64,000 nucleotides of DNA from Acutalibacteraceae bacterium (GTDB lineage Bacteria; Bacillota; Clostridia; Oscillospirales; Acutalibacteraceae), in the NCBI GenBank assembly GCA_045536195.1, contig JAZSNB010000118.1, forward strand, positions 247-64,246. Reading direction: 5' to 3'. The position numbers and the translations under genes were made by a program. The notes beneath the pieces were generated by a model. It searched no databases and had not been told where the DNA came from. It worked only from the letters and a program-made list of their open reading frames with translations. The stretch's first letter is position 1; each line of letters begins with the position of its first letter. This document shows, in pieces, positions 32,337-41,602 of this stretch.

Positions 32337-35300
32337 TTACATTAATCTGCCGAATATCTGAGTGATATTGGAAATAATTCTGTAGAACCAGTTAACAAGT
32401 CTCTGCCAGAAGGAAAGCTGTACTTCTTCTACTGCAGAATCGGTAGCACACTTTGCATAGCAGGTATAGGGTGCGCCGTCGATATTTGTTACAGTACAGA
32501 TAATAAACTTTCCGCTGTCGGCATCTGTGAGAGTGTAAGCATCTGTGCCTGAAGCAACCTTAACACCGTTTCTGGGATCATCCTCGGGATCATCAATTCT
32601 GTACCATTCAAACCAGAGATAATCATATGCGCCCTGAGGAATGTCATTTGTGATAACATAAAGTGACTTTCCGCTCTGAGCTGTACCTGTGAATGAAATA
32701 GCAATATTGAGCTCTGAGGGTTCAACAGTAAGAGTGATATACTGTGTGATTGTTGCATAGTTCTGAGTGTTGAAGGGAGTGAATACTACCTTATAAACAT
32801 CAGCGAAGGTGCCTACTTCAAGAGGAGTAGTTGTGGGATTCTCCATTGAGAATGTACCGAATTCTGTTCCGACATAGCTTGAAGTATACTTAACTGTTGA
32901 AAGCTTCTGGCCGTAGCCTACGGTACCTGTAAGAGGAAGTACAACGCCGGGAGTCTTTGCCTTGAGGATTTCAACATTAAGAGTGGGATTAAGAAGTCTC
33001 AGTTCATAGTTGCCTGACTTTGCACCTGCAAGTGCGGGCATTGTATACTTAACACTCTTGATGCCGGCATTTTCGTCAGCAACAGTACCCTGGATGGGGA
33101 ATGTGCCTTCAAGGAATACATCATTTGCACCGTCGGAGCCATAGAGGTTTGTAATAGCAGAGAAGCTTACGTCAACATTAAGATTGCCGGGAGCATATTC
33201 TCTGTCCTTTGCAACAGCTTCAACATAAGCAGGACGCTTATTGACTGTTACCATACCGTTTTTGTAGATAAAGTCGTAGTTGTCGCTTTCAAAAGCACCT
33301 GTAAGAACGACATCATACTGACCGACATCACTGCCTGCCTGATATGAGCAGTTCATAAGAACATAACCGTCAACATCATTCTTAATGGTATCAGCACCTG
33401 TAAGACCTGATACATTGTAGTAGTATGTGGGTTCAATATCACCGTATGTAACAGTGAAGTTAGCAGCTGTAATTGTTACAACTGTCTTAAGAATTTCAAC
33501 CTCTACTTCATATTCAACGGTTGCGTAGTTGTTTGTATCATCGGGAGTGTAAATTGCCTTGTAGGTATGTACACCGGCACCGGGAACTGTATTTGCAACA
33601 TCTGCTGCCCATGCCCAACGGCTGTCACCGAGGGAGATAGCATTAAGAGGTCTTGCACTGTCGTAGTAAAGAACATCTGTCATGGGAATGGGATAGAAGG
33701 GAGTTGCCTTAAGAATCTGAACCTTAAGACCGTCAAGGTTTGTAAGCTCAAGCTCGTAGTTACCGGCCTTTGAGCCTGTAAGAACAGCACCTGATACAGT
33801 TACATTTCTGAGACCTGCTCTGTAGTTATCAATAGCACCCTGAACAAGAGATTCATCAACATATACAAAGCCGTCATCGCCTTCTGCAAGTGTGTTGCCG
33901 ACGGGTTCAAAGCTGAGGTCTACATAGTAGTTGTTCTCTTCATATTCTCTTTCAACGGGAACAACCTTAACCTTAAGAGTTCTCTTTGTAATGTCAGCCT
34001 TTGAATCGTTTGACATTGAAACAAGAAGCTCATAGTTATCGGCAGCTGAGCCCTTGAGCACAGCATTATTTATAAATACATCAATATCAGTGCCGACATT
34101 TGTTGATGCGAAGTAGTAAATTGCAGCTTCGCTGTCAAAAGCAACATCATCCGAAGTTCCGTCTGCAAGAGTCATAGCACCGTATTCTTCAGTTACTGTG
34201 GCTTCTGCTGCACCTGTGCCGTCATATACCTTGTCGAGAACCTCAACATTTACATAATAGGGAGCAGGTGTGATAACAAGTGTACCGATCTTGTAGTTTG
34301 CTACGGGAGAGTAAACAACCTGACCGTCTACTGTTGTAAGACCGTTTACTGTCTGAAGCTTTGTGAAATCAACATCGGGAGTATCGATATCGATAGTAAC
34401 TGTGTAATAACCTACTTCTGTGGGGGCGGAGACAGAGCCGTTGTACTTAACGGTAACATTACCGATAGCGGCACTTGAAAGGCTCTTGTCGTCTCTGTGG
34501 AATTCTACATAGTGAGGCTGAGCATTATATGTATATTCTGCATCGCCGCCGTATGTGGAAAGACCTGCAAGATCGAAATAATTATCATATGCATCTGCAC
34601 CGAGAATAGTTTCAACCTTTGTAAGAGAAGGCGCAATAACAGTTGTTACATAAACAACCTCACCTGTGTAAGGAGCATTTGCAACAGCCTTTACTGTGAG
34701 CTTCTGGTTCTTGTGAGCTTCGGCAAGAACGATTTCTGCACCTGTGCCTACCTGAACATTTGAAGCATTGTACCATGTAAGAGTGTATACACCGATTTCA
34801 TCGGGATCAAGACCTGTTACATCAACAGTAAGCTTTTCACCTACCATGGGAATACCTGCAACAGCGAGTGTACCGCTGACGGGCTTCTTATTAACTGTAA
34901 GAGCAACATAAAGACCTGATACTGAATTGTAGTTTACTGTATCTGCGGGAACGAATGTTGCAGTGTAAATTGTATAAGCCTCTGCGCGGTATGCGGGAGT
35001 TGTTGAAGCTGCGTTATAAACGTATTTACCGGTTACGCCGTTTTCAACGTTGCCGCCTGCAAATACTGCATCGCCGAGAGTCTGACCGTGAACGATTGTT
35101 GCAGTGGGAAGAGTAAGAACTCTGGGAGTTGCCTTGATAACAGTAATAACACCGTGCTGAACTGTTACTGTGTAGTTATTGAATGTAGCATCGGTAACAT
35201 CAACAGTAACAGGATAACCGTCTTTATTTACGGGTGAGCCCTTTTCATAGGTTGTGTCAATCTTTATCTTACCTGAAGAAACAACCTCATCTGCTGTTTC

Positions 35301-38300
35301 ATTTCTCTTTGCACCTACAACAGAGAATGCATTTTCAATATCAGCAGGAATTGCACTGCCGTATTCAAGTGTGATGTCATCAGCCTTGATAACAAGCTGT
35401 GCCTTTGTAACCTTGAGGCTACCTGCAGTTGTAGCTACTTCATAGTTGGGAGATGTGATGAAATTGGGAGTAGCCTTGATATAGTATGTACCTACCTGAT
35501 AGTTGTCGATATATCTGAAGTCGGTTGAATACTCAAATGTGGGAGCAGCGCCGCTTGCAGTAACATCTTCAATTGTATCAGTACCGACAAGAAGAGCTTC
35601 GTCATAAGAAACCTTTACAGTAGATGCAGAGGGAACAAAGTTGTCACCGTAGATTGCGGTTGCATCCTCAACCTTGAAGGTGATAAGTCTGGGTTTAACA
35701 GTGATAACACCGTCTGAAGTTGTAAATGTATAGTTACCGTTTACATCAACAAAGTTGGGAGCAGAAATTTCAACTGCATAGCCGCCCTCAACAACAGGTG
35801 AGCCCTTTACATAATCTGTATGAGGAGTGATATTACCTGATGTGGTAACAGCATCAATATTAAACGTAGGATCAAGGTCAGCCTTATATGTATAAGCTGT
35901 GATATTGGGGATATTGTCACCGTAGGAAACTGAGCCGGCATAGGATATAACAACGGGAGTTGCCTTAACCTTAATTGCAATATCAACTACCTTGACTTCA
36001 TAGTTATTAAGATCCTGAGGAACATACTGTGCCTTGTAGGTTGCAACTTTTACTGTGGGATTAATTGTTGCATCCACCCACTGCCATGAGCCTTCTACAG
36101 AGGATGTGTAGCCTGTGAGCTCAACATCCTTAAGGGTTCTTGCATTCTGATAATACATTTCCTCAACAACGGGAGTTGTAACTGTGGGAACACCCTTAAG
36201 AATGGTTACAAGAAGTGTTGCGCCTGACTTATATATAACATCAGCTACATAGTAGTTCTTTCCCGCACCGCCTGTTACAAGGTCTGCAACAGACTGCTTT
36301 GTAATACCGCTTACTTCTCTTATACCTGCAGTATTGTCACTGAGTCCACCTGAAGCAGCAAGAATACGGACGTCGTCAACACCGAATTTACCGTCTGTGA
36401 TTGTGAAGGTAACTTCTACATTATAATTATCGGGAGCATATGCTCTGTCTTTTGCCACAGCCTCAACCTTTATAGGTCTCTGAGAAACTCTGAGAACACC
36501 TTCAGCGTTGGCATCCTGACCGTAAGCATATACATATTCATAGTTTGAAAGAAGCTCGGGAACATCTGTGAAGGTTGCACGGATGTAGTAAGAGCCTACT
36601 GCAACCTCACCGGCAACATAAGGAACATAGCTGTCGCCGTTGAGAATCATATAGCTGAGTGCATTTGCTATTGTCTGCTTTGCAGCATCTCCTGTGTCGT
36701 TACCTACAAGACCTGTGATGGTAACGGAATAAGGAGTATCAAATGTATCATTACCGTATACTACTGCGGCAGCATTGGGTCTGATGGTAAGAGGAGCCTT
36801 CTTTACACTGAACTCAACATTGAACTGGGTTGCCTTATAGTTCTTTGCTGTGGGAGCAGCGGAGTATGTGGGAGTCCATGTGATTGAAACGATCTGGTTG
36901 TCGCCCACAGTCTTGAAGGATGAGCCGTCAGCAGCATTTGTAAAGGAGAATACACCTGTGAGATTTGATTCGTTTACAATTCCCTTTGCCGAATAGGTTG
37001 AAAGCTGAAGTATTTCATTGAGCTTCTGACCGTAGGTAAGTGAAACGGTTTCGGGAAGTGTGCCTCTGAGAATGGAAGCCTGCTCGATTATAAGAGTAAA
37101 GGTATATTCAAGAGCGTGTCTGTTCTTATTGTGCTTGGGGTCTTTGTTATAGGTTGTGCTTTCGGCAATATTGAGGGTTACCTCATAAGTACCTGCATTT
37201 ACGGGAAGCTGACCGGATTCACTTGTTTCCTTCACACCTGCTTCGTTTGTACCGGTGTAGGAATAAGTAACACTAATAAGGTCGCTGTCTGTGAAGTCAA
37301 GGTTATAGTCCCTTGAATAATCGGTCTGCATAATTGCATCAATAACCTGAAGACCTATATCGGTTGCCTTTATGGGAGAGCCTGTATAGGTGGTCGTGGC
37401 AACATTTGATGTGCCTACCTTTGCCTTGATGTCATTGGCATCAAGTCTACCGTAGTCAACAAAGATATAAATGGGGCCGTTGGTTGCGGGAGCTGCACCG
37501 TCTGCGGCACCCTGTGAACCGAAGGTTTTGAAAACAGTACCCTTGTTATTTAAAGATGTAACATTGTAATCGGATAACCATGCATCGGATATTGCATAAG
37601 TAATATTTACAAGTCCCCAATAGTAGCTGTTGCAGGATTCTGCACCTGAGATATACTTGATAGAAGCATCGGGAGACTTTGTAAGTATGCTCTGACCTGT
37701 TACACCTGAAAGATTCACAAGTGAATTTACAACATCAGTGCCGTCTGTAAGAGGCATAAATGAGTAACCTACATTGCCTTCATCACCGACGATAGATGTG
37801 TCGATAGCAGTCTTGTTCTTATCAACCCAATATCTGTAAACAACGTGAACACGGTTTTTGCCTTCAAGAGCACCGCGGACAATAGATGTGGGAATACCGT
37901 TTACGTTGGTAACAATACTTCCGGCATAGCTGTTATTAGCTTCGTCAAGGAAGTTATTTGCAACAACAGCAGCAGAAGGTGTTACAATAACATATTCGGT
38001 GTAGGACATCATGTAATTTACAATATCATGGGCTGATTTTATCATTTCAGAAGAAGAAACAACAGAGCCCTTACGATATGTAACATTAACATCAGAATTC
38101 ATGCAATTCTCTGCAGGAGTTGTTATCGTTACGTCGGGAAGAACAGGGAGATTTCCTGAAACGGTATAAATACCGCCGCCGAAAAGAAACTGCTGTCCGT
38201 TACCGTCAGAGGTTACCGCATCAATACTGTTTATATTTGCATCATGTGTAATATTACCGCCGGTGATATTAATACTGCCGCTGGTTGCAATGCCGTATGC

Positions 38301-39236
38301 TATTGAGGTAATTCGGGCTCTACCGTCACTCGCATTACCGCCATAAGTATTACGGTGATGATTACCCTGTGATGTAACCGTCATTGTGGTTGCGGATGAA
38401 ACATTAACATTACCGCCGTAAACACCGTAAGCTACAGCAGCAGTGGAGGTTCTTTCACCGTCATCGCACTGGGAGGTCATTGAGCCCTGTCCCTGAGCAT
38501 AAACGGTAATTTCTGCAGCATTGATGCTGCAGGTAGCTGCAGCGGATGTGTTATAAACTGCAGTTGCTGCAGATGAAACCTGTGAAGACTCTTCTGTTAT
38601 AAGCGAACCACCAACACTTATTTCATAATGAAGAGTGGAATTGACATTTATTTTAACACCCTTATTGATTGTAAGGTTGCCTTCATTTCTGATAGCCTCA
38701 AGGTTAGCATAGCTGAGCTCTTTTTTGCCTGCACCCATTCCGGTTCTGACATTAACAATGCTTATAGAAGCTGTATTGGAAGTGGCATTCACGGATGAGC
38801 CGCTGTAGATATTAAGGTTACCCTTGTTGTGGATACCGTAAACATAGGGCAGCTGCCATGCACCGTCAGAGGAACGGTCAAAAACAACAGTACCGCCGTT
38901 CATAAAGAAGTTGACCGTCAGTCCCTGCGGAATAACAATACCTGTAATTCCGGAGCCGAAGGTAGCTGTTGATGTATTTGTCAAAACAACAGATGCCGAG
39001 GGTCCTGACAATTTCATATTAACGACAGTGCCCGGGGCAAAAGAACTGAGCTTGTTGTTTATATCAGCAACAGTTGCATTAGCCGGTATAACATATTCTT
39101 CAGCTGCAGAAGCAACAGGAAGAATATCTGCCGATAAGGTGGGGAGAACAGAAAGGGACATAACAACAGCAAGAAGCATAACAATCACTTTTGCTGTCAC
39201 TTTTGCAAATCTGCTCTGTGATGAATTATTTTTCAC
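32337..39236 (-). CDS. Giant (2299 aa) secreted adhesin-like protein: signal peptide, beta-helix-like N-terminal region, many YDG/MBG-type repeats, amphipathic aromatic C-terminal tail
   Basis: It is an uninterrupted 6.9 kb ORF. The signal peptide is ...VIVMLLAVVMSLSVLPTLSA. Modules of the form KVYDGT / KDR(A/E)YAP and YGD..P...G.Y....NY....G.L.V.K recur. I see no LPXTG, SLH or dockerin. The protein ends in FWQRLVNWFYRIISNITQIFGRLM. Confidence 0.85.
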   Translation of the reverse strand: MKNNSSQSRFAKVTAKVIVMLLAVVMSLSVLPTLSADILPVASAAEEYVIPANATVADINNKLSSFAPGTVVNMKLSGPSASVVLTNTSTATFGSGITGIVIPQGLTVNFFMNGGTVVFDRSSDGAWQLPYVYGIHNKGNLNIYSGSSVNATSNTASISIVNVRTGMGAGKKELSYANLEAIRNEGNLTINKGVKINVNSTLHYEISVGGSLITEESSQVSSAATAVYNTSAAATCSINAAEITVYAQGQGSMTSQCDDGERTSTAAVAYGVYGGNVNVSSATTMTVTSQGNHHRNTYGGNASDGRARITSIAYGIATSGSINITGGNITHDANINSIDAVTSDGNGQQFLFGGGIYTVSGNLPVLPDVTITTPAENCMNSDVNVTYRKGSVVSSSEMIKSAHDIVNYMMSYTEYVIVTPSAAVVANNFLDEANNSYAGSIVTNVNGIPTSIVRGALEGKNRVHVVYRYWVDKNKTAIDTSIVGDEGNVGYSFMPLTDGTDVVNSLVNLSGVTGQSILTKSPDASIKYISGAESCNSYYWGLVNITYAISDAWLSDYNVTSLNNKGTVFKTFGSQGAADGAAPATNGPIYIFVDYGRLDANDIKAKVGTSNVATTTYTGSPIKATDIGLQVIDAIMQTDYSRDYNLDFTDSDLISVTYSYTGTNEAGVKETSESGQLPVNAGTYEVTLNIAESTTYNKDPKHNKNRHALEYTFTLIIEQASILRGTLPETVSLTYGQKLNEILQLSTYSAKGIVNESNLTGVFSFTNAADGSSFKTVGDNQIVSITWTPTYSAAPTAKNYKATQFNVEFSVKKAPLTIRPNAAAVVYGNDTFDTPYSVTITGLVGNDTGDAAKQTIANALSYMILNGDSYVPYVAGEVAVGSYYIRATFTDVPELLSNYEYVYAYGQDANAEGVLRVSQRPIKVEAVAKDRAYAPDNYNVEVTFTITDGKFGVDDVRILAASGGLSDNTAGIREVSGITKQSVADLVTGGAGKNYYVADVIYKSGATLLVTILKGVPTVTTPVVEEMYYQNARTLKDVELTGYTSSVEGSWQWVDATINPTVKVATYKAQYVPQDLNNYEVKVVDIAIKVKATPVVISYAGSVSYGDNIPNITAYTYKADLDPTFNIDAVTTSGNITPHTDYVKGSPVVEGGYAVEISAPNFVDVNGNYTFTTSDGVITVKPRLITFKVEDATAIYGDNFVPSASTVKVSYDEALLVGTDTIEDVTASGAAPTFEYSTDFRYIDNYQVGTYYIKATPNFITSPNYEVATTAGSLKVTKAQLVIKADDITLEYGSAIPADIENAFSVVGAKRNETADEVVSSGKIKIDTTYEKGSPVNKDGYPVTVDVTDATFNNYTVTVQHGVITVIKATPRVLTLPTATIVHGQTLGDAVFAGGNVENGVTGKYVYNAASTTPAYRAEAYTIYTATFVPADTVNYNSVSGLYVALTVNKKPVSGTLAVAGIPMVGEKLTVDVTGLDPDEIGVYTLTWYNASNVQVGTGAEIVLAEAHKNQKLTVKAVANAPYTGEVVYVTTVIAPSLTKVETILGADAYDNYFDLAGLSTYGGDAEYTYNAQPHYVEFHRDDKSLSSAAIGNVTVKYNGSVSAPTEVGYYTVTIDIDTPDVDFTKLQTVNGLTTVDGQVVYSPVANYKIGTLVITPAPYYVNVEVLDKVYDGTGAAEATVTEEYGAMTLADGTSDDVAFDSEAAIYYFASTNVGTDIDVFINNAVLKGSAADNYELLVSMSNDSKADITKRTLKVKVVPVEREYEENNYYVDLSFEPVGNTLAEGDDGFVYVDESLVQGAIDNYRAGLRNVTVSGAVLTGSKAGNYELELTNLDGLKVQILKATPFYPIPMTDVLYYDSARPLNAISLGDSRWAWAADVANTVPGAGVHTYKAIYTPDDTNNYATVEYEVEVEILKTVVTITAANFTVTYGDIEPTYYYNVSGLTGADTIKNDVDGYVLMNCSYQAGSDVGQYDVVLTGAFESDNYDFIYKNGMVTVNKRPAYVEAVAKDREYAPGNLNVDVSFSAITNLYGSDGANDVFLEGTFPIQGTVADENAGIKSVKYTMPALAGAKSGNYELRLLNPTLNVEILKAKTPGVVLPLTGTVGYGQKLSTVKYTSSYVGTEFGTFSMENPTTTPLEVGTFADVYKVVFTPFNTQNYATITQYITLTVEPSELNIAISFTGTAQSGKSLYVITNDIPQGAYDYLWFEWYRIDDPEDDPRNGVKVASGTDAYTLTDADSGKFIICTVTNIDGAPYTCYAKCATDSAVEEVQLSFWQRLVNWFYRIISNITQIFGRLM

Positions 39237-39599
39237 AATAATTCCTCCTCTTAAAATTTGTTACAAAATCACCGGGTGCAACAGGGCACACCGATATAAT
39301 TATACAGATTGATTATAATATTTCGGCGGTCAACTGTCAATGATAAACACGAAAAATTTTAAGAGAGTGAAATTTTTTTAATATTATGACAAAATTCCGT
39401 AATATGTTTTATAAACTTTTACAAACGTCTTCATTCTCTGACAGAACAATATATACTTTTCTGTAAAAATCTGTATTTTCAGACTGCAGAAAAAGCGCCT
39501 ACGGCATCAAAATTATCACTTGAAGTCATACTGCATATATGTTATCATAAAATTAATTGTAAAAAATAATATTATTATAAATATACGGAGGTTTTTCTT

Positions 39600-40979
39600 A
39601 TGAAAAATTGTGCTGTAATTCTTGCAGGCGGCGAAGGCACCAGAATGAAATCCGACAAGCCGAAGGTTATGGCTGAACTTCTTTTCAGACCGATGCTTTC
39701 CTGGGTAATCGATGCCGCAAAGGGTGCGGGAATAGAGGATATACTTGTTGTTACGGGATATAAAAGCGAGGTAATTGAAAATTATCTTCCCGCTGAAATA
39801 AAAACCGCCAAGCAGCATGAGCGTCACGGTACGGGCCATGCGGTTATGCAGGCAAAGGATTTTATAAAAGAGCATTCGGGCAGCAATGTTCTGATATTAA
39901 ACGGCGATGCTCCCCTTATCGACTCCGATACAATCTCTGAGGGACTCAATTATCACCTGCAGGGTAATTTCATACAGACGGTTATATCCGCAAAAATAGA
40001 CAATCCCTACGGCTACGGCAGAATCGTAAGAGACGAAAACGGAAGCTTCACAGCCATTACAGAGGAAGCATCGGCAACGGAAGAAATAAAAAAAATCAAC
40101 GAAATCAACTCGGGAGTTATGTGGTTCGACTGCGACACACTGTATGATCTTCTCGGAAAAATCAGAAACGATAACTCCAAGGGTGAATATTATCTTACAG
40201 ACACAGTTCACATTGCCCTGAGCGAAGGAAAAAATGTAGGAGCATACACCACCGGCAACAAGGATGCAGTGCTCGGAGCAAATTCAAGAGTACAGCTTTA
40301 TGAGCTCAACGAGAAAGTAAGAAGAAGATTTCTTGAGAAATTTATGCTGGAGGGTGTATCTATACCCTGTACCGACGGTGTTATTATAGACAAGTCGGCA
40401 AAAATAGGAAGAGACACCGTAATTCTTCCCGGAACTATTATAAAAGAGGGCTGCGAAATCGGAAATGACTGTGTTATAGGACCCTCAACAGTGCTTTATA
40501 AAACAAAGGTCGGCTCCGGCTCTGTTCTCAACAGCACCCAGGCCGAAGAGGCGGTTATCTGCGACAGCGTAACAACCGGTCCCTTTGTTCATGTAAGACC
40601 CGGCAGCATAATAAAGAACGGTGTTCACTGCGGAAACTTCGTTGAAGTGAAGAATTCCGTAGTGGGAGAAAAAACAAGCATTTCCCACCTCACATATGTA
40701 GGTGACTCAGATGTGGGAAGCGGTGTGAATTTCGGCTGCGGTGTGGTAACCGTAAACTTCAACGGAAAAGAAAAAAACCGCTGCACAATAGGTGACGATG
40801 CCTTCATAGGCTGCAATACAAATCTTATCGCCCCTGTGGAAATAGGCGACAGAGCCTACACCGCCGCCGGCTCTACAATAACTGAAAACGTTCCCGAAGA
40901 CACTCTTGCAATAGCAAGAGAGAGACAGACAAATAAAGAAGATTGGGTAAAAATAAAGAAACCCTACAGGAGAAAATAA
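39600..40979 (+). CDS. glmU: Bifunctional UDP-N-acetylglucosamine diphosphorylase / glucosamine-1-phosphate N-acetyltransferase
   Basis: 459 aa: AVILAGGEGTRMKSDKPKV plus C-terminal hexapeptide repeats. The RBS is ACGGAGG. Confidence 0.95.
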   Translation: MKNCAVILAGGEGTRMKSDKPKVMAELLFRPMLSWVIDAAKGAGIEDILVVTGYKSEVIENYLPAEIKTAKQHERHGTGHAVMQAKDFIKEHSGSNVLILNGDAPLIDSDTISEGLNYHLQGNFIQTVISAKIDNPYGYGRIVRDENGSFTAITEEASATEEIKKINEINSGVMWFDCDTLYDLLGKIRNDNSKGEYYLTDTVHIALSEGKNVGAYTTGNKDAVLGANSRVQLYELNEKVRRRFLEKFMLEGVSIPCTDGVIIDKSAKIGRDTVILPGTIIKEGCEIGNDCVIGPSTVLYKTKVGSGSVLNSTQAEEAVICDSVTTGPFVHVRPGSIIKNGVHCGNFVEVKNSVVGEKTSISHLTYVGDSDVGSGVNFGCGVVTVNFNGKEKNRCTIGDDAFIGCNTNLIAPVEIGDRAYTAAGSTITENVPEDTLAIARERQTNKEDWVKIKKPYRRK

Positions 40980-41596
40980 TGGCATTTTTCAAGAAAAAGA
41001 TTACACAGGATATCCCCTTTGCAGGAAAGCCTGAATTTATTATTGCAGGACTCGGAAATCCCGGCAAAGAATATGAATATTCAAGACATAATGCAGGCTT
41101 TCTGTGTCTTGACATTCTTTCCAACAAATACGGAATAAAAACCGACAGGGTAAAATACCGTGCACTCACCTGTACTGCTATGATTGAGGGACATCCCTGT
41201 CTTATTATGCGCCCTCAGACTTATATGAACAATTCAGGAGAATCCCTGAAGGCAGCTGCCGATTTCTATAAAATCCCCCCTGAAAAGATTATTGTTATCT
41301 ATGATGACATTTCTCTTCCGACAGGAACACTGAGAATCAGAAAGAAAGGCTCTGCAGGCGGTCACAACGGTATAAAGAGTATAATATGGCAGCTTAATTC
41401 CGACGTTTTTCCCCGTCTTAAAATCGGTGTGGGCGACAGACAGAATAAGGATGACGACCTTAAGGATTATGTTCTCGGCAGATTTTCAAAGGAAGATACG
41501 GAAATTCTGAAAAAAACAATGGAAAGAGCAGTTGAAGCTCTTAAATACATACTTGACGGAGATACTGACGGCGCAATGAGCCGTTATAACGGTTAA
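40979..41596 (+). CDS. pth: Peptidyl-tRNA hydrolase
   Basis: FIIAGLGNPGKEYEYSRHNAGF. I chose the ATG that overlaps the glmU stop (TAATG) after AGGAG. The longer track ORF overlaps glmU. Confidence 0.9.
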   Translation: MAFFKKKITQDIPFAGKPEFIIAGLGNPGKEYEYSRHNAGFLCLDILSNKYGIKTDRVKYRALTCTAMIEGHPCLIMRPQTYMNNSGESLKAAADFYKIPPEKIIVIYDDISLPTGTLRIRKKGSAGGHNGIKSIIWQLNSDVFPRLKIGVGDRQNKDDDLKDYVLGRFSKEDTEILKKTMERAVEALKYILDGDTDGAMSRYNG

Positions 41597-41602
41597 AAAA
41601 CT

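Noticed and set aside
39516-39875. 119-aa minus-strand ORF overlapping the glmU start
   Set aside because: It is antisense to the highly conserved N-terminus of GlmU and to its RBS region. The product is hydrophobic and low-complexity with no RBS.
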